From the NCBI RefSeq assembly GCF_964194155.1, contig NC_135884.1, positions 103,416,001 through 103,480,000 of the forward strand: a stretch of 64,000 bases of DNA. Reading direction: 5' to 3'. Origin of the DNA: Cetorhinus maximus. Taxonomy: Eukaryota. The position numbers and the translations under genes were made by a program. Below, in pieces: positions 22,859 to 36,685 of this stretch (positions are counted from its first letter, which is position 1; each line of letters opens with the position of its first letter). A model generated the notes under the pieces. That model was not told the origin of the DNA, made no database searches, and saw nothing but the letters and a program-made list of their open reading frames with translations.

Positions 22859-23176
22859 TCAAGCATTTGTCGTTGAAGGGGTTGTAGAAAAGTTCTCCAT
22901 GCGAATCCTGACCACCTTCCCCTCAATGGGTTGTGGAAAAAGGAATTTACATTTGAAGACTTGATGGCAGGCTTTCCGAAAATTTTCTGAGAGGAACGCA
23001 TATATTATGGGGTTGATGCAGGAATTTCCATATGCCATACAGTGAGAGATGATCCTGAATGCAAATGATGCCTCGGTTAGGGGGAAGTTTCCAAATTCAA
23101 CCCACATAGTTATGATATGGTGGGGCAGCCAGGACAGAAGAAACACTGCAATGACCAGCATGACTGTCTGGGCAGT
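22859..23176 (-). CDS. GALR1: Galanin receptor type 1-like, coding exon 3 (TM6-TM7 and C-tail)
   Basis: Acceptor ctccacag|ACT, then TAQTVMLVIAVFLLSWLPHH...NPIIYAFLSENFRKA...*. The 318-nt exon is in phase 0. Probably the GALR1b/GALR1L paralogue. Confidence 0.92.
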   Translation of the reverse strand, partial: TAQTVMLVIAVFLLSWLPHHIITMWVEFGNFPLTEASFAFRIISHCMAYGNSCINPIIYAFLSENFRKACHQVFKCKFLFPQPIEGKVVRIRMENFSTTPSTTNA

Positions 23177-23632
23177 CTGTGGAGAAAGCAAAGGGGGAAA
23201 ATAATATATATTTATAATTACCATCAATAAAGTGCAATTATTAACATCACAATTACATTATTCGATTGCAATAATGCATAAGTCATTATCTCATTTCCAT
23301 GTAGATAACCTCATTTTGGAATTGTGCACAATATAGTCAGGCAACACATTTCCTTGGCCCTCATTTTTAAATACTTTTACTGAAAGTTTTGAATTTTTCA
23401 ATGTGTTTTTTTCTTTAGACAACAAAATGCTTCAAAATTGTTCTATGCTCAGAAAGTCAGAATGTTAATGGAGGAAATTAAATATTTTTACCATTGCAAT
23501 CACCAAGTGCTCTCTGGTCAAGTACAGCAGTTAAGAATAAAGTTCCTTACTCAGTGCGACAAAGTGCTCCTTCATCAATTTCAGAGGAACAATTTCATTG
23601 TACTGATATGACTTTTTCAATGGTATCTATGA

Positions 23633-26600
23633 TGTGATGATCCTCTTAGAGACCAATAGTTTTAAAGAAGATTTGAATTCCCTTTGACCAACTTAAAAGA
23701 ATCGCACAATAAAATTTCAAGTTTTAAGACTTTTACTGTAACAATCAAACTAAAATCAACTTGACTAAACATTACTTCATTGGCAACTGATACTCTAAAC
23801 TACAGAAAAGGCATCTGTCATTAGTATTTTAACACACACAAATACTCCACGCCACATTTATACTTTACAGCAGGCTCTCTACTGAATTACAGGCTTCACA
23901 GGAAACAGTCCAAAGTTACTTCCAGTTTCTAGCTGATTCACATCTCCTTTTTAGCTGGGTCATAACATCCAATGATGGTTGCAGGTCCTTTCCCCTCAGT
24001 CTTCTGTGAAATCTCAAACCGACCTTCAGCAACACAACTCACTCTGCTGATTTCTTCCCCTGGCTACATCAGGACGAATCTTCCAGTGTACTTAAATTTC
24101 CACAGATTCCATCTCTTCGACCAGAGAAGTCTTCTCAACCACATACTGTCTGGTAGCTAATTTAGAAAAACAGCCTTTGACTATTTGCTAACCGCAGCAG
24201 TTGCTGTCCATGTATTTCTCTCTGGGACTCTCTCGCTCCTGCTCTGTGTCCAGGATTATTTAAGTCAGACTTCCTGGGAGTCTGTGTGTCTGCACAAAGC
24301 AAGAACAACTGCTTCTCTCTTTGGCAGGGATTTTCCAGCCCTGCCATGGTGGGATCCGCAGCGGGTGTTTCGGCGGCCCAGCCAAATGTCCATTGAATTT
24401 CAGCAGGACTGGATGATCCCAGTGGTGGGCGGGGCTGGAAAATCCTCCCTTTTGTGTTCCAGTGTGAAATATGGCACTTTTGTTTCAGTAAGTCTTGACT
24501 TAGACACCCTGTCCATATTGTAATTATCACTTGCCTTGTTGCTAGACACAGTCTAATACAATTTCACACCATCCCCTTTTTCCAGGGCATCCTCTTTTAC
24601 CTTAACTTAGAAGACAAAGTCCAAAACATAACCATCTTATAACCTTCATAACATCTCCCCCAAAATCATGTAAAATTATTACTGTAGAAATATTTTTTCT
24701 GCAACGCTATCAAACTATAGCATTGTAAACGTCTTATCAACTAACTTACTACATACAGGAAATGTAATGTTCTCTTCCTTATTGTCACATTTTACCAGTT
24801 AACAGTTTCCACCTTGGCAGCATTCTACGATTTAACCCGTAACACTCAATCTCGTGACAAATAGAATTTAAAGTCCTATTTGTATGTATTCTTGGAATTC
24901 CAACATTCATGTGAATGAGAGTTCACTTTACTACTGGTGGCTTTACCTTCTGTCACCCTTCATAGCAAATCTTCTTTGTCATTTCAAACAAATTTTACAG
25001 CTTTTCTATGTCCTGGGTCAGAAAATTGTATACTTGGTCTGGTCTGCTAACTTTGTAAAGGACAACTTTGTTGATTTCTGACATTCCCTCTGGATTTAGC
25101 AACTCCTTTTGTTCTTCTTTAACACTATAAACTGCATTGTCATCAGGGTGTTGATCTTTTCGCACAGTCTTTGAACTACACAGTACTCCTGATCCCTATT
25201 CTCCTACATAGCAGCAGATTTTTTAATGTCAAAATCTGCAAAGAAAGTCTCAACCAGCCACATGGCTAAATTGTCCTTCTCCTGTTTAACTGCAGGATTA
25301 GTTTTACCTTAAAGTGCGTTCCCATTATTTAAATTTTCACTGTTCTTCTCCAGGAGATGCAGATTTAATACTGCCTTCTTCTGTGGAAGCAGTTTATTCT
25401 TCTGCCAAATAAAATCCTCCTTAGCTGTTTTAGGAAATTCATTAAGGTAACATTGATGATCAGACAAAAAAAAATCTTGATAATCATTTTTAGTCAGTTG
25501 ACTAATTCTTTTAAATTCTTATTGTTTTTCATTTTCCCACTCAGCACAAGCTTTGCCTAATTCTTTTCTTATAAGAGCAACGGGATTGTCATTTTGAGGT
25601 TTTAATTTATGTTTAAAAATATGAACCCTTCCTCACAGTCCAATGGTATCAGTATTAGTTACAGTGAAGGTATTCAGTTTTAAAGAAGTGCTTTCCTTTG
25701 TTCCATCATCAGCTTTGAGCGTGGCTGCTATCTGTTTTGACACTTCTTGTTTAGGGTCTGCCTGCAGGTTTAATTCAGACAGCTTCAATTCGCCTCTAGC
25801 TGCCATCAACTCTTAGTTGTCAGCCTGATATTCCAATGTCCCTTTAACCTCAGCAGTCTGAGCTTTTGACTCTTTGAATACATCTTTAGTTCAAACAGTT
25901 ATTCCTACAGCAGAATTACAGATAGTCATGGATGTTTGCACATCGCTTGATTTCTCCTGTATATTTTAAAAATTTCAACAGATTCACTGGACTTGGCTGA
26001 TATCGCTGGAGATGGCAACATCTTATATCTAGCTAGGTCATTTCCTGGTACAAAATTGGCACCGCTAATAGGTAACTTCAATACAATTCCCAAATCTACA
26101 GTACCTGAAATGAAACCACAACATTATGCAATGGAACATTTAAACAACCTTAGTCAATGCATTCTTATATAGTGAACCTTCTGGAGAGAGTTTCCCATCA
26201 ACTACCACCATCAGCAATGTGTTGCCCCCATATCTCTATGAATATTAATTTGTTTGCCTGCTTTACTGGATGAAAATGCAGAGACTTCGCCCTTGAACAT
26301 AAAAATTTTATAATTCTCTATGCTCTGGTTTTTTTCAATAATAAATACATTCAAAGCTATTGGTTTGTCACCAGCTCCACCTACAAGTACACTATTTCCT
26401 GAAAAGATACCATGCACTCCCATAAATGCCATAGTCTTACTTTTTAATTTACAACAATCTGCTTTGATATGTCCCCTCTTATGGAAAAAATAACATGTTA
26501 GTCCCCTCCAATTATACTTATCCTCCACATTGTCTTTTTTAGTACTTTGAGGAGTAACAGTCTTTTCATTTCTGCTATCTTCCTCCCATAACCAGTGTTT

Positions 26601-28343
26601 TGTTCACCATCAGATTTCTTAACTCTCCAGTTTCTGTGTGGGTTTGCAATAGTCTGCAGCTATTCACATGTTTGTGAGACAATTAATTGTCATCAGCTAC
26701 CCTTATCTTAGAAACTATATGGTCTTCTAGGTGGGACCTTGGTTTTAAATTCATCCACTAGCATTACTCCTTTAAGGTTTTCAAAATCTTGCTCAATCTT
26801 ATTAGCTCTATACCAACTATTAGATATCATTTCCTTTTCTCTAGCAAATTCCACAAAGTCTATTTCTGTTTCTTCCTTAAATTCCTAAACTTTTGCCTGT
26901 ATGCTTCCCGAGTTAACTCATAGGCATTGAGAACAGCATTCTTCACTTTATCATCATCACTAGATTGTATATTATATAAAGATGAGTATACTTCTACTGC
27001 TTTCCCTACAAGCATGCTTTGCAATAAAACCTTCCAACTTTCCTCTGGTCATTGCAACTTCATGGCAATTTCCTTCAAACAATAAAATATATTTCAACTC
27101 CTTTCTCACTGAATCATTGTCAAGTTCTCTTTTCCCTCCCTGTCTGCGTAATCTAAGTTTTTCTTTGTCTAGATCAAACTTTCTTGCTTCCTTTTCTCTC
27201 TAGAATTGAAGTTTTCCCCTTTCTAAGTTTTCCTTTTCTCTTTCTCTTTGACACTCTAGGTTTCTCTGTTCTCTTGAGCTTTGGAGTCCTAATTCAAGTT
27301 TTTGTATTTCGCTTTCTTTCTTTCTTTTTCCTTTGGAATTCAAGTTGCTTCATTTGCAATTGAATTCCAGCTAACTCAAACTGCATGCTATCGGGATTAT
27401 TTTCCTCTTCCTCAAGTTGAAAGTGTTGAGCTTCAACGATCTCTGCCTTCTTAGCCCCAACTTTTAAATCTATTTCCAATTCCTCTGCCACTGCCTTCAA
27501 ATTAACCTTTGTTAATTGTTGCAAGGCATTCGCAGACAGGACTTCTCATTCCAAAAATGCTTCAGCAACAGACTTAGCTATGCTGATAAATCAATACAGT
27601 AAAAGTAATTGTGAAATCTTGTTCATTAAAACTCTGGCAAATTCTAGTGTACTCATTTCTAGTCTCTGGGTTTGGAAAAAAAAGTGATTTGAATTCCCAA
27701 TGACAAACTTAAACACAACAAGATTTCAAGTTTAAAGCCTTTTTTCTATAACAAACAAATTAAAATCAACATTGACTAAACATTGTTTACTCAGGCAACT
27801 AATAGTCTAAACTACAGGAAAGATGTTTCTCACTGGTGCTTTAACACAACCGATAACCCCACACTGCATTACATTACAGCAAGCTCTCCGCAGAATTGTA
27901 ATCTTTACAAGAAACAGTCCAAAGTTACTCCCAGCTTCCAATGGGCTCACTTCTCCCCGTTCACTGAGTTGTAATGTCCAATGATTGAAGGTTCTTTATC
28001 TCAGTCTACTGAGAAATCTTGAACTGACCTCCAGCAGCAAAGCTCAATCTGGTGATTCCTTCCCCTGGCCATAAATTCCAAGTGTTCATCTCTTCGACCA
28101 GTAAACATCTTCTAAAGAAGGACAGCTGCCTGTCTCTTTGTATTCAGATGTGAGATATGGCACTTAGGTTTCAGTTGGCCTTGACCTGGACCCCCTGTCA
28201 TTATTGTAATCCTCACCTGCCCTGGTGCTGGGCACAGTCCAATACAACTTCACACCATTCCCCTTTTCCAGGGCATCTCTTTTATCTTAAATTAAAAGAG
28301 ACAGTCCAAACATAACATCTTATAAAACTTCGCATTCATAACA
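23633..28343 (-). mobile_element. Decayed Gypsy-type LTR retrotransposon (gag-protease remnant, pol absent)
   Basis: LTRs at about 23633-24653 and about 27647-28343, both starting TGTTATG on the - strand. A polypurine tract (ttttgggggaga on -) precedes the 3' LTR, and the flanks are atga/atgg. Remnants include gag N-terminus QQLTKVNLKAVAEELEI, knuckle-like TCYFFHKRGHIKADC and protease-like HRDMGA. Confidence 0.82.
24323..24449. mobile_element. 127-bp Harbinger-like mini-MITE inserted in an LTR
   Basis: TIRs ggcagggattttccagccctgcc / ggcggggctggaaaatcctccc, with ttt on both sides. It is absent from the sister LTR near 28140. Confidence 0.8.
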
Positions 28344-30536
28344 ATGGATGAGTATAGTGATGAATATCTTTTTAGGGACAATTTAAGCACATTCCCATTG
28401 GACTGAGACAATCCTTAAAGCCATTTGTTCAAGATGGATCTGAACCCACATTTCAGAAGGAAAACGAAAGCCAGCTAACTCCCTGTACTCCCCGGCCTCT
28501 CAAAGTGCTCAACCTTATCTTCTCCAATTAAGGTTTTTCTGGTGATCAGGTGTGTGATACCATAATGAGCTGCTCTCGAAGGGAACATGAGTTGTAGCCC
28601 TGATTCTCCAAACTGTACTTCCTGTGAACACTGCATCAGCCCCTGCACAGTTAGTGCAATGCTAATTGCTCATTAAGATATCAAAGCAACATAAACATTG
28701 AAAAGCAAGTTATGATGGTGTCTGATAAAACTCTTTTCATGTCTTGCTTCTTAAAGATGTACGACCAAACAACACTTATTGGCTCTTGAAGGATACCTGT
28801 ATTCATACAATTCAAAGAACCAATAAAAAATTATCGAGGAATCCATTTGGTACGAAAACAGAATGCTGGACTCCCAACAAACTGAAAATTTTTGTTTGAG
28901 AGAGGCAGTCCAGTCTTGGCTGGTTTGACTGTCAGAAGATTCTTTCCCTAATCTGCTCAATCAAGCTTCCTTCCAAGTTAACAAAGGCAACCATCACTGT
29001 CCTACCGTCCTATGTAAAGAGAGCAGGGTGAATATAGGAGACTAACCCGAGTTAAATATAAAATCTGTATGAACTATCTGTGATGTCTAATATGAACAGC
29101 TTTGACACCTCTGCTTATTCTGCTAACATAACAGTGGAAATTCTCATTGGAAATGTTCACATTAAAACCCCTTAGCGTTCGTGTAATACATTGTGCCCTA
29201 TTTTTAGGAATAAATGCAAACCTCAATATAAATGAATATTATCCTCAGGCAGTTTATGCTGGCGAGTGATCTGAAATTCTCCCTCAGTTAAGTTCTAAAA
29301 TGGCATTGGGGTCCTCTTGACATCATGGAACTCATTTTAAATAGTTAAATTACCAGTGCACCTGCTTTAGGCAGCCATCTAGTCTGAGGACTCCAGCAAA
29401 ATAGTGATGGCTGGAATGGAGCAGGAAGCTGTTCTCTGTGCTCTTCAAGGTGCTACTACCCATTTGTGCCAGGCAGGATCCCTCAAAATCCACCCCACCA
29501 TCCCCCACCCTCCCACCAAAGTTTTCATGCATGACATGTGTCATATCTTTATTGTTCCAGCCACGAGAGAGAGTTATTATAACCACCAACAGGCGGGTGC
29601 ATTGATGAGCCTTTTAAGATTGCCCAAATGGTCATCATCTGATCGCCTGGACATTGTAAATTCTACTGTCCATAATCTGCCACATTTTGACTATAAGGAT
29701 ATTTATTTTAACTTAAATTATACCTTCAACTTTAGAATGTCAAATTAGTGTTTTGTTAATTAAAGTGCACTGTTTTAATCTCTTGCCTCCTAATTTAACA
29801 TTAGAATTAGCTCTCTGCATATTCTGTACCATTTCTTAAATCACTCCACACCTATTAGCCAAACAGTTCTTTAACTCCAGAAGCTAGCTATAGTTCCCAA
29901 TGTTGCCAACATTGCAAGCACCAGACAGTATGCTGTATCATCTACACCACCTTGTTGAAAGCACAAGTTCAGATATTTAAGTAGTGAGTTTGAGGAGGAA
30001 GCATTTTGAGTGAAAGTGAGGAGGAGCTTGGGGTAGTCGAGGGGTAGGAGTTGACACTAAGAAATGCTTGTGTCTAATATTGCCTGTAAGCTGCACAGCT
30101 GTAAGTTTTAGAAGATGTACCCCATATACTTTCACCAAGGATAAACACTGGGGTCAAACAACATAATAAATATCCACAGGTTACTTTCAGGAAAATAAAT
30201 TATCGTGCTTCTTAAAAAAAATTGTGCTGAAAGATTTTATCTTCTAGTGCAGAATAAAATGGCAGCAAATCCAAGGATGCTAATCTCATGGTAGTTGAGG
30301 TACGGCGGAGGACATTGCCAGTGATATACTAATGTGCTGCTGCATAGTGTACCTGTGTACAGGAATGTTTACTAAGGCAGCACCTTAGGAAAAGGGAAAC
30401 ATCAGCACCTGTGGCACTGCCTAGCCTGTCTTCAAGAGAGAAATGGGGAAGAAGGCAGAAAAACTGATATAAATTGTGACATACACATTTGATAAAAGAA
30501 TTCAATGTGTACCGACAGATCTGGTGGCTTTTTTTT

Positions 30537-33305
30537 TCATTCACTAGATGTGGGCTTCATTGGCTGGGCCACCATTAATTGCCCACCCCTAGTTGCCCTT
30601 GAGAAGGTGGTGGTGAGCTGCCTTCTTGAACCGCTGCAGTCCATGTGGTGCTGCACCTGCAGTGCTGTTAGAAAGGCAGTTCCAGGATTTTGACCCAGCA
30701 ACAGTGAAGGAATGACAATATATTTCCAAGTCAGGATGGTGAATGACTTGGAGGGGAACTTCCAGGTGGTGGTGTTCTCATCTATCTGCTGCCCTTGTCC
30801 GTCTAGATGGTAGTGGTCGTGGGTTTGGAAGGTGCTGTTGAAGGAGCCTTGGTGAATTCTTGTACCATCTTGTAGATGGTACACATTGCTGCCACTGTGC
30901 ATCGGTGGTGCAGGGAGTGAATTTTTGTGGATGTGGTGCGAATCAAGCTTCTTGAGTGTTGTGGGAGCTGCACTCATCCGGTCAAGTGGGGGGTATTCCA
31001 TTACACTCCTGATTTGTGCCTTGTAGAGGGTGGGCAGGCTTTGGGGATTCAGGAGATGAGTTACTCATCACACGATTCCTAGCCTCTGACCTGCTTTTGT
31101 GGCCACAGTATGTATATGCCTAGTCCAGTTCAGTTTCTGGTCAATGGTAACCCCTAGGATGTTGATAGTGGGCGATGGTTGGATTCTCTCTTGTCAGAGA
31201 TGGTCATTGCCTGACACTTGTGTGACGGGAATGTTAGTTGCCAGTTGTCAGCCCAAGCCTGGATATTGTCCACGTCTTGTTGCATTTGGACATGGACTGC
31301 TTTAATATCTGAGTCATCGCGAATGGTACTGAACATTGTGCAACCATCAGTGAACATCCCCACTTCTGACCTTATGATGGGAGGAAGGTCATTGATGAAG
31401 CAGCTGAAGATGGCCGGGCTGAGGACATTATCCTGAGGAATCCTGCTGTAATGCCCTTGAGCTGAGATGACTGACCTCCAACAACCACCATCATTTTCCT
31501 TTGTGCTAGGTATGGCTCCAACCAGCAGAGAGTTTTCCCCCTGATTCCCATTGACTCTAGTTTTGCTAGGGCTCCTTGATGCCACGCTCAGTCAAATGCT
31601 GCCTTGATGTCATCAAGGGCAGTCACTCTCACCTCACCTTGGGAGCTCAGCTCTTCTGTCCATGTTTGAACCAAGGCTGTAATGAGGTCAGGAACTGGAG
31701 GAACCTAAACTAGGCGTCAGTGAGCAGGTTATTTCTAAGCAAGTGCCACTTGATCGCACTGTTGATGACCCCTTCCATTACTTTGATGATCGAGAGTAGA
31801 CTGATGAGGCGGTAATTGGCTGGGTAGGATTTGTCCTGCTTTTTTGTACAGGGCATACCTGGGCAATTTTCCACATAGCTGGGTAGATGCCAGTGTTATA
31901 GTTGTACTGGAACAGCTTGGCTAGGGATGTGACAAGTTTCTGGAGCACAAGTCTTCAGTACTATTGCCAGGATATTGTCAGGGCCATAGCCTTTGCAGTA
32001 TCCAGTGCCTTCAGCCATTTCTTGATATCATGTGGGGTGAATCAAATTGCTTGAAGACTGGCAACTGTGATGCTGGGGACCTCTGGAGGAGGCCGAGATG
32101 GATCATCCACTCGGCACATCTGGCTGAAGATTGTAGCAGATGCTTCAGCCCAACTTTTGCACTGATGTGCTGGGCACCTCCATCATTGAGGATGGGGATA
32201 TTTGTGGTGCCTCCTCCTCCAGCGAGCTGTTTAATTGTCCACCATCATTCATGACTGGATGTGGCAGGACTGCAGAGCTTAGGCCTATTCCGTTGGTTGT
32301 GGCTTAGCTCTGTCTATCCCTTGCCGCTTACGCTGTTTGGCACACAAGTAGTCCTGTGTTATAGCTTCACCAGGTTGACACCTCATTTTCATGTATGCCT
32401 GGTGATGCTCCCTGCATGCCCTCCAGCACTCTTCATTGAACCAGGCTTGATTCCTGTTTTGGTGGCGTTGGTAGAGTGGGAGATATTCTGGGCCATGATT
32501 GTGTTCAAGTACAATTCTGCTGATGCTGATGGCCCACAGCACCTCATGGATGCCTAGTCTTGAGTTGCTAGATCTGTTCAATATCCATTCCATTGAGCAC
32601 GGTAGTAGTGTCACACAAAACGATGGAGGGTATCCTCAATATGAAGGCGGGACATTGTCTCCACAAGGACTGTGCAGTGGTCGCTCCTACCAATACTGTC
32701 ATGGACAGATGTATCTGTGGCAGGCAGGTTGGTGAGGATGAGGTCAATTATGTTTTTCCCTCTTGTTGGTTCCCTCACCACCTGCCACAAACCCAGTTAT
32801 GTCCTTTAGGACTCAGCCACTATTTGTGATGGACTTTGAAGTCTCCCACCCAGAGTACATTCTGCACCCTTGACACCCTCAGTGCCTCCTCCGGGTGGTG
32901 TTCAACATGGAGGAGCCCTGATTCATCAGCTGAGGGAGGGCAGTACGTGATCAAACATGGGCAAGGTCATGGTGCCTAGGTCAATGCCGGGTTGTCCATC
33001 CAGTTTCATTCCTTTTTTTGTGACTTTGATACATCTGAGTGTTTTGCTGGGTCATTTAAGTGTCAACCACATTGCTGTGGTTCTGGAGTCACATGTGAAC
33101 CAGGTAAGAACAATAGATTTGCTTCCCTAACAGCATTAGTGAACCAGAATGATTTTTACAGCAATCATTTCATGGTCATCATTAGTATTTTAATTGAATT
33201 CAAATTCCACCACCTGTGGCAGGATTTGAACCCAGGTCCTCAGAGCATTACCCTGGGTGTGTGGATTACTAGTCCAGGAACAATGCCACTGTGCCATCAT
33301 TTCTC
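30537..33305 (-). mobile_element. Degenerate CR1/Jockey-group LINE (APE-RT) with GAAT-type tail and tRNA-like 5' segment
   Basis: RT remnants IPQDNVLSPAIFSCFINDLPPIIRSEVGMFTDGC and WADNWQLTF. APE remnant ...NVLWVGDF at about 32830-32950. A and B boxes lie at 33286-33296 and 33222-33232 on -. Confidence 0.8.
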
Positions 33306-35117
33306 TTTTGTATAAGCAGGGCCTTCCATACAATGTGTGATACAATATTGATTAAGAGTGCATCTTGGAAAGATTTTCTGCAGTCAGTGATAACACTAAG
33401 GCAGATGAAATTTGGGAATATACAAAAATATGGAATCTGATTTTACTCTGTATTAAATTCATATTTTTGCAGATACCAAATGAAAGAGCTGTACGATATG
33501 AAAATGGAGAAAAGGTTTCACCACTCAAAAGGCAAATTAAAAAATATCAGAAGTCAGGTTTCTTTTAGTGATGCGGGTGGCGGGGGTCGGGGGGTGGATA
33601 AGTACAATCATACTTCACAGTACGGTTCCATGGCAGGAGTTCCCAATACACATGGCTAACACGGCTGATGACATTACTGCCAGCATCCATAATTATGCCT
33701 CATTTATGCTGGCTCTTTATGGCGCAACTCGAGGCTTAAACCCATGCTCAGAATTCTACATTCAGCATTGTGCACTCAGCAGTAGACCTCCATCCCTCTC
33801 TTCCGCTGTTGCCTTTTAATGCACATCTGCATTACCCATGATAGTTTGGGATTCACTGTATACAGTAGGTGTAGCAAATGTTACAATGGCAAAACTAAAG
33901 TAACATGAGAGTCTGACAGGAAGCAGAGAGATGTGATGAAAGGATTTCTAAGATCAATTATTTTTGTTTTGCCATCAAGTACCATTTTGACTCAGTATAT
34001 TAACTTTTTAATAGCGCCCAGCTTCAATTTTCTACCCTTTCTTTTTATAGGGCCATGAGCATTCTGCAGTCGAAAAGCCCAGGGACAGCAGTAGGATCAT
34101 GCAACCCGAGCAATTGCACAGAACCCTGAGCTAGACAACAGCTCAAACTGGATCTGTTGATGAGTGACAAGTATTTAGGATCATTGTCTAGTTCAATTCG
34201 CAACTCCTAATACGTTGACGCAGGTCATGTCTGCAGGGAACAAGATCTGGACAACATCCAGATATGGGATGTTAGCTGGCAAATAACATTTGCACCGCAT
34301 AGGTGCCAGGCAAAGACCATTTCCAACAAGAGAGAGTCTAACACCTCTCTGTGACATTTAATAGTAATACTATCACCACATCCTTCACTTTCAACTGCCT
34401 AGGGGTTGCCATTGACCAGAAAATCAACTGGACCAACCATATAAATGTTATGGCTACTAGAGTAGATTATAGCCTGGGTATTCTGCGACAAGTTGCTAAT
34501 CCCCTGATACCCCAAAGTCTCTCCATCACCTACGAGGCACAAGTTAGGAGTGTCATGAAATACTTTCCACCAACATTCCCTCTAATTTTCCTTTGTTGTG
34601 CGTGGGTAATTTGTTCAAGTATATGAGTCTATTAGATATTTATGCAACACCATGAACTCACCCAAGCTTAAATCAGCTGACTTGAGTGCAGCCTATGTGG
34701 GAATATTTGGGTTGCTGTGCAGCTTAGAGGGAACATTGCTCTCCACTTGGATGAGTACAGTTCCAACAGCATTCAAGCAGCTTACCACGATCCAATAAAA
34801 AGCAACCTGCCTCAACAGAAGCCCATTCACCACCTTAAATGTTCACTCTCTCCACCACTGTGACTGCAATGTGTACTATCCACAGAATGTACTCAAGGCT
34901 TCTTCAACAGCATGTCCCAGGCTGCTGACCTCCACCGCCTAGAAGGACAAGGGCAGTAGTTGCATGGGAACACTACTACCTGCAAGGTGCCCTCCAAGTC
35001 TCACACCATCCTGTGTTGGAAATGTAAAACCTTCATTGTCGTTTGATTAAAATCCTGGCACGTGCCCTCCCCACCCCCCTCTCTCCACTAAACAGCATTG
35101 TGGGAGTACCTTTATCA

Positions 35118-36685
35118 CAGTAGTTCTCAAAGTGTGGTCCACAGACCACAGCGGTCCATGAGGGTGCTGAAGGTGGTCCATGGGCTCATCCAAAATGCAG
35201 GTCGCAGATGAGACTATACAAGAAAACAGGCCAGAAGCCCCAACCCCACCATTCTTGTGATGTCACACAACTATTATGGACAGGAGGGGGGGTTAATTTA
35301 AACAGCACAAATTTCTACTCTCACCACCCATCCATTGAAAGGTGTTTTTGATTTGCTTCTTCCTTTATAAGTGGTGGCGTATTTCCCAACCCCTCGGTTT
35401 TGGTATGGTTCAACTCTCTATTAATAGCCCCACAGCAAACTCGAGATAGGACGAACTCAAAGAGTTAGTTTATTTGTATACACTCAAAATGCAGGAAGAG
35501 GGTTGCAATTTTGCCTCCTTTGCATTCATACAGTAAAGAAGGATAGAGAAAAGAAAGTTTTATAGCGCAGAGACCATAGGGAAAAGAAATATTGTTTCAC
35601 AGGGGTTCAAGAGTCCAGAATCAAAGTTCAATGAAGTATTTCTTCAGGGAGGCCAGTGAGCTGAAAACCAATGGTGCATAGCTCACTTCCCCAGTGGTTT
35701 TGACATGATGAGATAGGCATCCAGAGATGAATCAGTCTTGTAAGCAATTGTATAGAATTTATAGCAGAAGCAGTGTAGATGGGGCCAGATGTCCAACTTG
35801 GGCCAGAGCACCTTGTCTGTGAGGCTGCTACTCAGATGGTAAAAAAGCCGACTGAGACTTTACAGTTCAGCAAGGCAATATTACTGGTTCCACAAGCCAG
35901 AGGCCCATGTCACATGATTCCCACTTCTCCAGGCTGTCTTTGACAAAGGACGTGATTCCCTCGTCTGGGTCCCCGAGATTGTTAAAAATCTCGACCACTA
36001 AGAATTGAAAGGAAGTTTGCAGGGCCCTTTGCCTTGGCTGACAAGCAGACTCCTGTTAGCCAGCCTGGGTTATGAAATGCTGATGGCCTTTGTACAGCTC
36101 TCTTTGAGTTTGGTCTGTGCAGCCCTCAGGGGATCATTAGTGGCTCCTCAGAGATAATGATGTGCAAGTTACCCCGATTTTGCCAGGTAGCTTCTTTTGT
36201 TTGGGGTCACAGACAGACATAGATTCAGCCATTTTAGGTCTTTGTCTAGTTTGAAACTCCTTTAAAGATAGCAATGAGCATATCTCTGTATATTTTATAA
36301 AAAGAAAGAATACAGCGTGAGGTCTTAGTCCCTCACACAACTTTAACGTGGCCCAAGTTGTGCAGGGATTACATCGCAATTTTATAAGATTTATATTACA
36401 GTTACAACATACAACTGTGGGATTGGATTTTTAACTTGTGAGGCTGAAAACAAACAAGAGGAACTGGCTGAACAATGAGCCTGACATGAGAATGATGCTT
36501 TCCAGCTTGGAACCAGACATCACCTCATTGGTGTCTCATCAAAAGCAGCTCCATTCTTTCCATTAATTCTGATGAGATGTTTTGCAGCAGCAAGCGAAAT
36601 CAGGTGGGGTCGGGCTGGTACATGGTCCATGGGGTCATTTGTTCCACCTAAGTGGTCCGCAGATGAATGGGTTTGAGAACTACTG
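35118..36685 (+). mobile_element. Non-autonomous hAT (Charlie/Buster-like) DNA transposon
   Basis: Perfect 14-bp TIR cagtagttctcaaa/tttgagaactactg and 8-bp TSD ctttatca/ctttaaca. A C-terminal transposase remnant TTYNCGIGF...LKTNKRNWLNNEPDMRMMLSSLEPDITSLVSHQKQLHSFH* lies at about 36404-36566. Confidence 0.9.
35272..36337 (-). mobile_element. Solo LTR inserted in the hAT element
   Basis: Perfect 4-bp TSD caac. The ends are homologous (reverse complement) to 55527-56603. Confidence 0.8.

Noticed and set aside
27625-27647. Primer-binding site of the provirus
   Set aside because: Too degenerate to assign to a tRNA.
33215-33300. Genuine tRNA gene
   Set aside because: It has A and B boxes, but I cannot fold a convincing acceptor stem, and it continues into repeat body, so it is a tRNA-derived head.
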